The position numbers and the translations under genes were made by a program. 64,000 bases of DNA from Vampirovibrionales bacterium (GTDB taxonomy: Bacteria > Cyanobacteriota > Vampirovibrionia > Vampirovibrionales > Vampirovibrionaceae), in the NCBI GenBank assembly GCA_039794365.1, contig JBDIVN010000009.1:70833-134832 (forward strand), given 5' to 3'. The notes below the pieces were generated by a model. The model worked only from the letters and a program-made list of their open reading frames with translations. It did no database searches and was not told the origin of the DNA. Position 1 is the first letter of the stretch. Every line of letters starts with the position of its first letter. Shown here piece after piece: positions 17,824 to 29,000 of this stretch.

Positions 17824-18178
17824 GGGCAGGAAAGGCTTTTTTCAGTCGCGTTATCCAGCGCCGGAGAAAACCGCCCTTTTCCGGCTCCGGGAAGGTGATG
17901 AGTTCGGTACCGGTGATCCCGCCTTCGAAGGTTTTCGTGCCTTCCAGGGATTCCACCGGCCTGACCCGTGTGATCTTCATCCGGGATTCGGGCAACGCCT
18001 CCAGCTTTTCCCGGATCTCGCGCTCAAACCGTTCCAGCACATAGCTGGCGGCTTCCTCCGGGCTTTCCGCCTTGACGTATCGGATGACGCAGAATCCCAC
18101 CCGGCCCCCGGCGCTTTTTCGCGGAAGACTGGCTGACAGGAAGTCCCGTCCTTCGATGGTGACACAGTATCGGGGCAT
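17816..18178 (-). CDS. Hypothetical protein (120 aa) downstream of msrB
   Basis: ATG 18178 immediately after the msrB stop; its stop codon lies in the MITE end. Confidence 0.6.
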   Translation of the reverse strand: MPRYCVTIEGRDFLSASLPRKSAGGRVGFCVIRYVKAESPEEAASYVLERFEREIREKLEALPESRMKITRVRPVESLEGTKTFEGGITGTELITFPEPEKGGFLRRWITRLKKAFPAPR

Positions 18179-18179
18179 T

Positions 18180-18578
18180 TTATGGTCCGTGTTCCTCAAA
18201 ATCCAGCGATACAGAATTGATGCAGTAGCGCAGGCCGGTGGGTTCCGGGCCGTCCTCGAACACATGGCCCAGGTGGGCGTTGCACCGGCTGCACAGCACT
18301 TCCGTCCGTAGCATACCGTGGCTGTTGTCTGATTCTTCCCGGAGGGCGCCATCGTCCAGGGGTTTCCAGAAGCTGGGCCAGCCGGAGCCGGAATTGTATT
18401 TGGTGTCCGAGTCAAAGAGGGCCGCCCCACAACAGACGCACCGGAAGATCCCCTGGCCCTTGAAGTTGTTGTACCTGCCGCTGAAAGCAGGCTCAGTCCC
18501 TTTCTGCCGGGTGATGCGGTACTGTTCGGGCGTCAGTTCCCGCCGCCATTCCTCGTCGCTTTTTTGTGTCTGGTCCAT
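18180..18578 (-). CDS. msrB: Peptide-methionine (R)-S-oxide reductase
   Basis: [12 protein letters not shown] and CSRC zinc sites, [23 protein letters not shown]; GGAGG RBS before ATG 18578. Confidence 0.96.
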   Translation of the reverse strand: MDQTQKSDEEWRRELTPEQYRITRQKGTEPAFSGRYNNFKGQGIFRCVCCGAALFDSDTKYNSGSGWPSFWKPLDDGALREESDNSHGMLRTEVLCSRCNAHLGHVFEDGPEPTGLRYCINSVSLDFEEHGP

Positions 18579-18768
18579 CCTGGCTGCCTCCTGGGATTTT
18601 CCCCGTGGTTGTTTCCCTGGCCGGTTCTGGTGCCGTTTGTCCCTATTATAAAGCCCTGCGGGCCGGGGGATCAAACGCCTGTCCCCGTGTTGTCCGCATA
18701 CAAGGGGATGTGTCCGTGCGATCAAGGGTATAGAATAGGAGTATAGGTTTCCCGAAGGATCACGCCTG

Positions 18769-19419
18769 TTGAGCAATATTCCCGACTATTGTGAAGGTTT
18801 CCACTTCCGCTTCTTCCGGGCGGACAAAGGGGGCCGCCGCCGCTCCACCCGCCCGGACGCATCCGCGCAGGCGGCGGAGGAACGGATTCTCAAGCGGGTG
18901 GGGCTGATCCTCAAAAACCGTCCGGACCTGATGGCCCAGTTGGCCTGCCTGGAGAATGGCCTGGAAATCCATCTATACCAGGGGGACGGGTTCAAGGATT
19001 TCGAGAATGAGCTGTATTTCTATGGCCGGGCGACAGTTCACGGGGACGAGGTTGTCCTTGAATTTGCCGTGGATGAGATCCTCTACGGCGGACGCGAGGA
19101 TCACGAGGTGATGGACGTGGTGGCCCACGAGCTGATCCATGTGATCGATCTGCTGGATGATATGGACGGCCTGCTGCCCGGCTGGTCAAAGAATGACATT
19201 GCCCGCTATAAAGAGGCCCGCGAAATCGAGAAAGAGCGGATTCGTGAAGGGACATCGCCCCTGGTGGGCTACGCCCTGACCAACAACGTGGAGTTTCTCG
19301 CGGTGCTGGCCGAGGTCTTTTTTACCCGGTCCCACCAACTGGCCGACAGCAACCCGGTGCTGTTCGAGCTGATGGCCGACTTCTTCCGCCAGGACCCCAG
19401 GGAGTCGGCGGCTTCCTGA
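18769..19419 (+). CDS. MtfA/M90-family zinc-dependent peptidase
   Basis: HELIH zinc motif, [19 protein letters not shown]-terminal FFRQDP. Confidence 0.8.
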   Translation: MSNIPDYCEGFHFRFFRADKGGRRRSTRPDASAQAAEERILKRVGLILKNRPDLMAQLACLENGLEIHLYQGDGFKDFENELYFYGRATVHGDEVVLEFAVDEILYGGREDHEVMDVVAHELIHVIDLLDDMDGLLPGWSKNDIARYKEAREIEKERIREGTSPLVGYALTNNVEFLAVLAEVFFTRSHQLADSNPVLFELMADFFRQDPRESAAS

Positions 19420-19543
19420 ACGGGCTTCAGGGAACCCGTTGCGTTTGTCCGGCAAAAACCGGCTTTTGACTCCGGCGGTCCATGCGTCCTAGAATCAGGA
19501 AGGTACTCTTGATAGGATTCGTTTTGATTCGGAAGGATGGCAG

Positions 19544-20008
19544 ATGATGAGATTTCGCAGGGTAATGGCGTCGGTGCTGGCGCTGACCATGATGATCGCC
19601 GGGGCGGTGGCGCTGGCCAAAAAAGAGAAAAACCGTCCCGCGGATGAGGCTCTGGCCCAGGCCTTCGTGACCACGAAATCCGGCCTGAAATATAACGATG
19701 CCGTGGTTGGCGATGGGGACGAGGCAAGCCGCGGCGACCGGGTCAAGGTCCATTATGTCGGCACCTTTGAGGATTCCGGCAAAAAGTTCGACAGCTCTCT
19801 CGATCGGGGCGAGCCGTTCAGCTTCCGTCTTGGCAGCGGCCAGGTTATCAAGGGCTGGGACGAAGGCGTCAAGGGCATGAAGGTCGGTGGTAAGCGCACC
19901 CTGGTGATTCCCTACAAGCTTGGCTACGGTGAAATGGGCTATCCCGGCGTCATTCCTCCGAAGGCAACGCTGCGCTTCGAGGTCGAGCTTCTGGGAATCG
20001 AGGAGTAG
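19544..20008 (+). CDS. Exported FKBP-type peptidyl-prolyl isomerase
   Basis: Signal peptide; [39 protein letters not shown]. Confidence 0.93.
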   Translation: MMRFRRVMASVLALTMMIAGAVALAKKEKNRPADEALAQAFVTTKSGLKYNDAVVGDGDEASRGDRVKVHYVGTFEDSGKKFDSSLDRGEPFSFRLGSGQVIKGWDEGVKGMKVGGKRTLVIPYKLGYGEMGYPGVIPPKATLRFEVELLGIEE

Positions 20009-20036
20009 CGCTTCCCAGCCTGCTTTTCCAGCGGTT

Positions 20037-23000
20037 TCAGGGGGTCAGCCGCGTTCCCACCTGCAACGGCTTTGCCGTGGTCTTCTGGCTCAGGGATTCG
20101 ATATTGAACCGCAGGGGAATGTTGTTGCCGCTGATGGTGTTCTGGACGCTGAAATTGGTGCTGTCAAAGATGGTGATGCTGGTTTCGGACATATCGGCGA
20201 CGTACACCTTCTCGCCGTCGCGGCTGACGGAAATGCCGTAGGGGGTCGGTCCGACCGCCACCGTCCGGCTTACACTGCCGGTGTCCGTATCGATGATGGT
20301 CATGGTGCCGTCAAAAGTGTTCAGGACGTAAAGGGCCTTGCCGTTGGGATTGACGGCGAGCGCCTGCGGGTTGTTTCCGACCGTGATTTCCCCGCTGATC
20401 CTGCCGGTTCCGGCATCGATAACGGCAATGGTGTTGCTGCCTGAGTTGGCGACGTAGATCGTCCGGCCATCCGGGCTGATGTCAATGCCCGAAGGCTGGC
20501 TCAGGTTGCCTTCAATAGTCCGAACCACCCGGTTGTTCCGGGTGTCAATGACGGAGATGCTGTTGGCCGCACTGTTGGCAACATACAGGTTTTCACCGTC
20601 CGGGCTGAGGGCGAGACCTTCGGGATGCTCCCCAACGGGGATGTCGGTCATCACTTCGAGGTTGGAAGTGCTGATGACGGAAACGGTGTTGCTGCCGGAA
20701 TTGGCGACGTAGGCGGTTTTCATGGCCCGGTTCACGATAATGGCGTTGGGGTTGCTGCCGACCGGAATGATCTTGATAATCTGGTCGCCGAGAGGAACGA
20801 TGACGTAGACCTTGTCCGTTGAGGCGTTGGCCACGTAGTCCAGCTGGCCGAGGTCCTTGTCCTCGTATGTGAAGGAGCCGCTGCCAAAAGCCACGGTCGC
20901 GTTGAGCATGTCCTCGGTCCTTACCGGCGAGGCGGTCCCTGAACCGTCATCCGAAGCGGTCGAATCGGTGCTGATAACCACCGTTACCGGCTGGGTCAGC
21001 AGCGACGGATCGAGGGAGGCGATGGCGTCCACGACCTGCAGCGAGGGGCCGGGATCGAAAGTTGTGCCGCCGCTGCTGCTGGAAGACGGTGGTGGCGGGG
21101 CAAAGGTCGTGCCTCCGTTGAAGATGACCAGTCCCGGTGGTCCGCCGACGACGCTCAGGTCGTTGGTGGGCATGACGGTGCCGTCAATATTCACGGAAAC
21201 GCCGTTGACGGCGCCGCCCGCGCTGACAAACAGGTCGCCGCCCACGATGTTGACATCCAGCGGATCAGTATCGGTGCCGATGGTGCCCGATGCGGTGAGA
21301 TAGGAGTCGGCTCCGGCGGTGAAGTTGTTGGCCGCGCCGTTGCCGTCGAGAATGCTGCCGTTTTCGGCGCTGAGTTCAAACCCGGCGGTGCCCACGTCGA
21401 ACGTGCCGACGTAACCGCCGTCCGTCAGGTTGATGTAGGCGGCGGCGTTGTTGGTTTTCACGCTGATCATGCCCGTGCCGCCGATCTGCACGTCAAGATC
21501 GCCGAGGCCGGGGTTGCCAATCTGTCCCGTTCCCAGGCCGCCAGCCCCATCAAACGTGATGTCGCGGTTGTTGGCCAGGATGATGTTCGGTATGGAATCG
21601 TCGGTGGGGTCGGCATCGGTGATGGTGCCCGCCGTGCGCAGGTGAAGCGAGGCGTCCACGGCGGTGAGATCGATGGCGTCAATGCTCATGTCCCCGGTGG
21701 TGGCGTTGTTGCCGATGGTCAGGTTGCCGGCGGAAAGGTTGTTGAGTTCGGCGTTGGTCAGGCTCAGCAGCCCCGCGCCGCCGCCCAGGCCGATGGAGCG
21801 GCTGGCGGTGGATGCGGCCAGGGTGACATCACCGTTGCCCGCATCAATCGTCCCGCCGGAGAGATCCATATTGTCGGCGATGACGCTGACCGTGCCGTTG
21901 ATGGAGATAAGATTGCCGCCCGCCATGAGGTTCACGGCCCCGTTGCCCGGCGTGGTGAGGGTCACGGCGGTGGCGCCGTTGACGCTGCCGCCGTTGATGT
22001 TGATGGTGCCGTTGACGCCGGTGGTGTTCAGATTTACCGTGTTGCCGGTGACAGCCCCGGTGACGTCGATATCGCCGCCCGCCGTCAGGTCGTAGGCCAT
22101 CACGGCGCTGTTGCCGGCGCCCAGCGTCACGCCGTTGAGTTCGTCGATATAGACGTTATTGCCGCTGATGTCCAGGGTGGCGGCATCCGTGTCGAACCGG
22201 TTCCCGGCGGAGCCGATATCCGTGGCCGCCGTGACGGTCACGAGGCCGCCGCCCACCCGTCCGGCGTTCTGGGTGACTGTTCCCGCGCCGGTGGCCTCCA
22301 GGGTGACGGAGGTAGCGCCGGTGACGTTGCCGTTCAGGGTCAGGCTGCCGTTGGCGGCGGTGGTGTCCAGGCTGATGACGTCGCCGCTGATATCGCCGGT
22401 GGTGGTAAAGCTGCCGTTGGCAACGACATCCAGGATGCCGCCGTTCATATCCGACGCGCCGATGGCAATGTCATCCGTCTCGTTGATGTAGGCATCGCCG
22501 CCGTTGGCGTTGGCCGTCAGGTTGACGGTGTTGGTGTTGAACCGCTGGATTCCGGTTCCCGCGAAACCGGTGCCGAGGTTGAAGTTCAAATCCGTGGCGT
22601 TGACGATGTTGGCCGCTCCCTGGTGGATGTTGGCGCCGTTGCCGGTGGCCGAGAGGTTCACCGTGTTGCCGGTGACGTTGCCGTTCAGGTTGATGTGGCT
22701 GCCATCCGTCAGGGTGGACACGTCAACCTGGTCGCCCGCCGAGATGTCGGCATTGACGAAGATTTCGGCGTTGGCGCCCATCGTGCCGATGTCAAGATCA
22801 CCGGTTCCGTTGGTGACGTTGATGTCGCCGTTGAGGGTAATGGTGCTGCCCGTGCCCGTGGTGTTGATGATGGCCAGGCTGGTCGCCGTGTGGGTTCCGC
22901 CGCCTGCCGTGATGGTTGAATTGTCGCCGCTGGTGGTCATGTCGAACCGGTTGGCGCTGATGTCGCCGCTCATCGTGATGTCGGAATCATCCCGGTTGGT

Positions 23001-26000
23001 TCTCAGCCAGGTGTTGCCGGTGGTGGTGACATTGCCGGTGACAGAGACGGCGCTGTTGACCTGCTGGGTTTCGACGCTCAGCGTGGCGGCGGAAACATTA
23101 CCGGTCAGAGAGATAGCCGAATCCGCCTGCAGGGTTTCGATATCCAGCGTGTTGGCAATGGTATAGCCGCCGCCGGCGTCCTGCATCGTGATGCCGCTGT
23201 TCGTGCCCGCGGTGTTGAATATGGCGTTGGCGGCGGTGATGTCGCCGGTCTGGGAGATGCCGCTGTCCGTCGCGCCCGTGGTGGTCATGGACAAATCGCC
23301 GGTAAGGGTGATGTCGCCGTTGGTGGTGAGGGTGGACGTGTCGCCCAGGGCGGCCAGCGAAGCGTCCGCGGCGTCAATCGTGCCGTTCTGGTTAATGCTG
23401 CCGAGATTGGCGATGATGTCGATGTTGCCGCCCGCGCTCAGGTTGCCCAGTTCGAGGTCGGTCAGGGTATCCGTCAGGGTGAAATCGCCATTCATCGTGG
23501 TGGCGTTGATAAGGGAAGCGTTGAAGACGCCGGAGAGGTTGACCTGGTCGTCCACGTTGAAAATAATGTTGGAGCCTGTCAGATTGGCACCCGTGCCGAC
23601 GACGTCGAACATGTTGGTTGTGTTGATGCTGATGATGCCGGTGCCGCCTGCGCCGGTGCCGGCCTGCTCATCCAGGGTGCCGTTGTTTCCGGGGCCGGAG
23701 GCGTCGTTGACGATGCGGATCACGCCCCCGCCTTCGGCCATGATGGTAACGTCGGTCAGATCCAGATCGCTGGCATCATAGTTGATGGTGACGGACCCGT
23801 TATCGCCGCCCGCGGCGCGAACCGTTCCGGCGCTGGCAAAATCCCCGTCGATCAGGACCAGTCCGCCGCCACCGGCGTTGATGGTATCACCGGGATTGAT
23901 GGCGGGGTCAGGGGTGCCGCCGTTGTCGTCAAAGGTCAGGTTCTGCCCCACACCCGTTCCGGTCGCCTCGACAAGCGTTCCCGCACGGGAGATGGTGATG
24001 CTGTTGGCGGTGAGGCTGATGTTTTGGGCCTGATGGGTCCGGTTGGCCAGCAGGTCCAGCACGATGTCGCTGTTGGCGGCGGTTGCGTCCAGGTTGCCGC
24101 CAGCCGTCACGTTGCCGCCGTACATGTTGATATTGCTGTTGGCTCCGGTGGTGCTGAAGGTGATGTCATTGGCATTGGTCGCCCCGTTGATGGTGATGGC
24201 GCCGAAGGTGGCACCGGTGGTGGCGATGTTGAGATCCCCGGTCAGGTTGGCGCCGCTGATGGCAATGCTGCTCAGGTCATTGGTTGCGTCAAGGGTTGCG
24301 TTGACGCCACTGAGAACGCCCGTGGTGACATCGCCGTTCACGCCTGTGGTGTCGATGTCAATATCGTTGGTGGCGGTAATGGCGCCTGTGGAGATCCGGC
24401 TTTCATCGCCGGTGGTGGTCATGATGGCGTTGTCGGCGGCGATGGTTCCGCCGAGGAGCATGTCACTGTCGAAGCCGGTGGTGCTGGCGGTGAAGTTGTC
24501 GGTGGCGGTGATGTTTCCGGCGACGTTCATGGTGCCCAGGTTTGCGGCATTGGTGGTCAGGTTGATGACGTTGCCGCTCATGCCGCCGTTGGAGAAATTG
24601 ATGGTGCCGCCATTGAGGGTGATGTTGTTGGCGCCCGCCGTGATAACGTCTCCGGCCACGGTGGAGGTGATGGCACCGGCATTTCGCAGGTCAAGGTGGT
24701 AATCGAAGCCGCCGGCGGAAGTATCCATGGCGTTGACGATTTCCAGATCCCCGCCCATCGCGGTATCGCCGATAACCAGCGTATTCGCCGTGATGCGATC
24801 CAGTTCCACGTTCTCGATATCCAACACCAGGGCGGAATCGTTGTCGCCGACATTGTTCAGATCAATTTTCTTGGCTGTGGTGGCGGTGATGGTGACGGTG
24901 CCCGCCCCGGCATTGACCGTGCTTCCCGGCTCCAGATCGAACTGGGAGACGTTGAACATGATGTTGCCGCCGTTGGAATTTATGGCCGAGTTCTCCTGCA
25001 TGGAGAACCGGCCCGTGTTGTTGGCGTCCGTGTCGGCAAAAATGCCGATATCGCCGCCCGCCGTTGAATAGGTGGAACCCGCGCCGCCGTCCTGGCCGAG
25101 GAAGATGTTGTTCTGCGCCCGCAGGGTGATGCCGTTGGCGCCGCTCATGGCCATGCCGTCGTTGTCGAGATTGATGCTGCCGTTGCCCCCGTTGGCTTCG
25201 ATCCAGAGGGTGTCTCCCGCCGTAATGGCTGCCAGTCCGGCCTCGTCAGTAATGTCACCACCCGCCAGCAGTTGCAGCACGCCTCCTGCCGAAACGGTGG
25301 TTACGAGGTTCACGCCGTCAATGTCTGTGACATAGGCGTCCAGCCCGGCGTTGACTTGCAGGTTGTTTGCGTCGATGGTCACCGGCAGCGGAGCCGAACC
25401 AATGTTTGACTGAGTAGCGATGAGATTCAGCGTATCGGCAGTAATCAGGCCGCTGTTGTGGATAATGTCACTGTCCAGCCCGGCGGTGGTGATGGAGGCA
25501 CCCTGCCGGCTCTCTGACTGGTGAAATTGCCGGCGTAGGTGATGCTGCTCTGGTTGCCTGCCGTGGAAATAGTGGGGGAGTCCACGTTGGTGGTGATGTC
25601 TGCGGTGATGGAGATGTCGCTGTCAATGCCCGCCGTGGAGATGGTAAAGCCTTCACCGCCGCCGTCCACGCCGCCGCCGCGATCCACCTGGTCACCCATG
25701 GTATAGGGATTCACACTGCTGATGGTGATGTTGCTGCCGTCACCCGCCGTGGTAATTTCCGTGGCGTCCGTATAGGCGATGTTGCCGTCGGTGATTGTAA
25801 TGTTGGCATTGTTTCCGTTCGTGACCAGGCGCAGATCATCGCCCGCGGTAATGGTTGCCCCATTGAGATCGATGTCACTGTCCGCATTGTTCGTGATTGC
25901 GCGGATATCCCTGCTGGCAGTGACGGTGCCCGTAATGGAAATGTCGTTGTCAACGCCACTGGTAGTAAAAAAGACATTCGCACTTCCCGAACTCGCTGAA

Positions 26001-29000
26001 CCGCTCAGGGTGATACTGCCATCCAGGGCGGTAATATCCACCTGACCGGTTATCGCCGTCAGGGAACCGCCGATGGAGATATTCCCGTCGACCGTATCAA
26101 TGTCCATGGAGGTGCCAAACGCGTTGGATGTCAGGTTGCCGTCAAGGGTAATATCGCTGGTGGCGCCACCGGTACTGATGGTGATGTTGTCCGTAATGTT
26201 GGCGCTGGACGTGTTGGTGAAGGTAATACCGCTGTTGGCTCCGGTGGTTGATACGGTGAGATCGGCGTCGTTGATGTTCAGGTCGCCGGTAATGGTGATG
26301 GGGCTGTCGTTTTGTGCGGTGGAGAGGGTGCCGGTGCCGTTGAGGGAGTTGGCGGTGATGCTGTCCACGGTGATGCCGCTGAAGGTTCCGGCGGTAGAAA
26401 TGTTCAGGGTAGACCCGTTGGCGGTGATGGTTCCGGCGCTGTGGGTAATGGCGCTGTCGGTCAGCCCGGCGGTGGTGATGGTGACATTTTGCCCGGCCTT
26501 TTGGCTGGTGAAATTGCCGGCGTAGGTGATGCTGCTCTGGTTGCCTGCCGTGGAAATAGTGGGGGAATTGATGTTGGTGGTGATGTCGGCGGTGATGGAA
26601 ATGTCGCTGTCCGCGCCCGCCGTGGAAATGGTAAAGCCTTCACCGCCGCCGTCCACGCCGCCGCCGCGATCCACCTGGTCGCCGAAAATCAGCGGATTGG
26701 CGGTACTGATGGTAATATTGCTGCCCAACCCGTCCGTTGTGATGAGAATGGCATCGGTGACGGTGATGGCCGAGCCGGTAATGCTGATGCCGGCATTATC
26801 GCCGAAGGTTCGCAGTCTCAGATCATCGCCCAGGGTCACATCCGCCGTGGCGGTAAAGATGATGTCGCTGTTGTTGCCGTTGGTGGTCAGGCTCAGATCG
26901 CGGTCTGAAACAACCGTTCCCGTGACGGTGATGTCGTTGTCAATTCCGTTGGTAGTGAAGAACAGGTTTCCGAGGTCGGGGTTGGTTACCGTGCCCGTAA
27001 TATCGATGCGGCCGTCCTGGGTTTCAAACTGCGTGAAGTTTGCACTGCTGCCCGTGAAGTTTCCATCCACGAAGATATGACTGTTCGGGCCGTCGGTGCT
27101 GGTCAGCGAGAGGGCCGTAATACCGCTGGCCGTGTAATCCGAGGTATTGGCAAAGGTAATGTCGCTGTCGGCGCCTGCTGTATTGATTGCGTAGTTTCGG
27201 CCCACATCAACCCTACCGGCAAGCGTAATCCCGCTATTATCACCGGTTGTCGTCAAACTCAGGTCACGGGCGGGAGCAATATCGCTGCCCGCCGCCAGGG
27301 TAATGCCGCTGTTCAGGCCGGTGGTTGAGACGGTGAAATCCTGATCCCCAATATTAACCGTGCCGGTAATGGTGATAGCGCTGTTATCCTGTCCGGTGGA
27401 GAGGGTACCGGTCCCGTTGAGGGAACTGGCGGTGATACTGTCCACGGTGATGCCGCTGAAGGTTCCGGCGGTAGAAATGTTCAAGGTGGCTCCGTTGACG
27501 CTGATGGTTCCGGCGCTGTGGGTAATGGCGCTGTCGGTCAGCCCGGCGGTGGTGATGGTGACATTTTGCCCGGCTTTCTGGCTGGTGAAATTGCCGGCGT
27601 AGGTGATGCTGCTCTGGTTGCCCGTCGTGGAGATGGTGGGGGAATTGATGTTGGTGGTGATGTCGGCGGTGATGGAGATGTCGCTGTCTACGCCCGCCGT
27701 GGAAATGGTAAAGCCTTCACCGCCGCCGTCCACGCCGCCGCCGCGATCCACCTGGTCGCCGAAAATCAGCGGATTGGCGGTACTGATGGTAATATTGCTG
27801 CCCAACCCGTCCGTTGTGATGAGAATGGCATCGGTGACGGTGATGGCTGAGTCGGTAATGCTGATGCCGGCATTATCGCCGAAGGTTCGCAGTCTCAGAT
27901 CATCGCCCAGGGTCACGTCTGCTGCGGCGGTAAAGATGATATCGCTGTCGTTAGCGTTGGTGGTCAGGTTCAGATCGCGGGCGGAGAAGACTGTCCCATT
28001 GATGGTGATGTCATTATCCACCCCGTTGGTGGTCATCAGCATGTTGCCGCCGGGAGCGTCGGTTCGAACGGTGCCGTTGACGGTGATGTTTCCATCCTGG
28101 GTGGTGAGATCCATTGCCGTGCCGAAACGATCCGCCTGAAGGAATCCGTCGATGATTATGTTGCTGCCTGCGCCGCTGGTGTCCCAGTCCACCAGGTTGT
28201 CGATGTGGGCAAACGCCCCGGCATTGAAGAGGATGCTGCTGTTATCTCCGGCGGTATTGACCACGAAGCTGCTGGGAGTGCTGACGGTGCCCGTAAAGGT
28301 AATATTGCTGTTATCGGCAACCGTGGTGATGGGATTCAGCGTGGTGCCCACGGTCAGGTCGTCGAGGGTGATGCCGTTGTTGGTTCCGGCGCCGGTGGTC
28401 TGGACCGTCAGGATATCAGCGGTGATGGTGGTGCCGTCCGCCTGGCTGATAAAGCTGTCGTTAAGGCCATTGGTAATAATGGAAGCCGTTCCGGTGACGG
28501 TCAGATCTCCCAGGATATCGATACTACCCCCGGCCAGCAGATCGAATCCGCCGCCGGAGACGGAGGCGGCGAGATCCACGTCGTTGAGTTCGATGATATT
28601 GACGTCACCCGTCCCCGTGTTGGTGACGGTGAGCACCCCGGCGTCCGTCTGGATGGGGTTGGCGACGGTACCCATGTTGCCGGAGAGATCCGTGGTCAGG
28701 TTCACCGTCGGTCCGGTGATCCGTCCGGACTGCCAGGTGATTTCCCCTTCGCGCATGGCGGTCAGGTCAATAATGCCACCGGTGGAGGTGATATTGGCGT
28801 TGAGGTCAATGGACTCCCAATCGGCGGGGTTGATGGTTCCATCGGCATCCGCGTTGGAAAGCAGGGTAATATTGCCGGTGGTGGAAGAAATATCCCCGTT
28901 CACCTTGATCCAGGCCAGGGAATTCAGGGTGATGTCTCCGGCGCCGCCGACGATGCTGCCGGTATCGTCAATCCAGGTCATATTCACGGTCATGGTCTTG

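Noticed and set aside
18470-18495. PAFSG in MsrB and AAFGG in AroF as members of the leader family
   Set aside because: Both lie within conserved family cores; kept only as evidence that the short motif occurs by chance.
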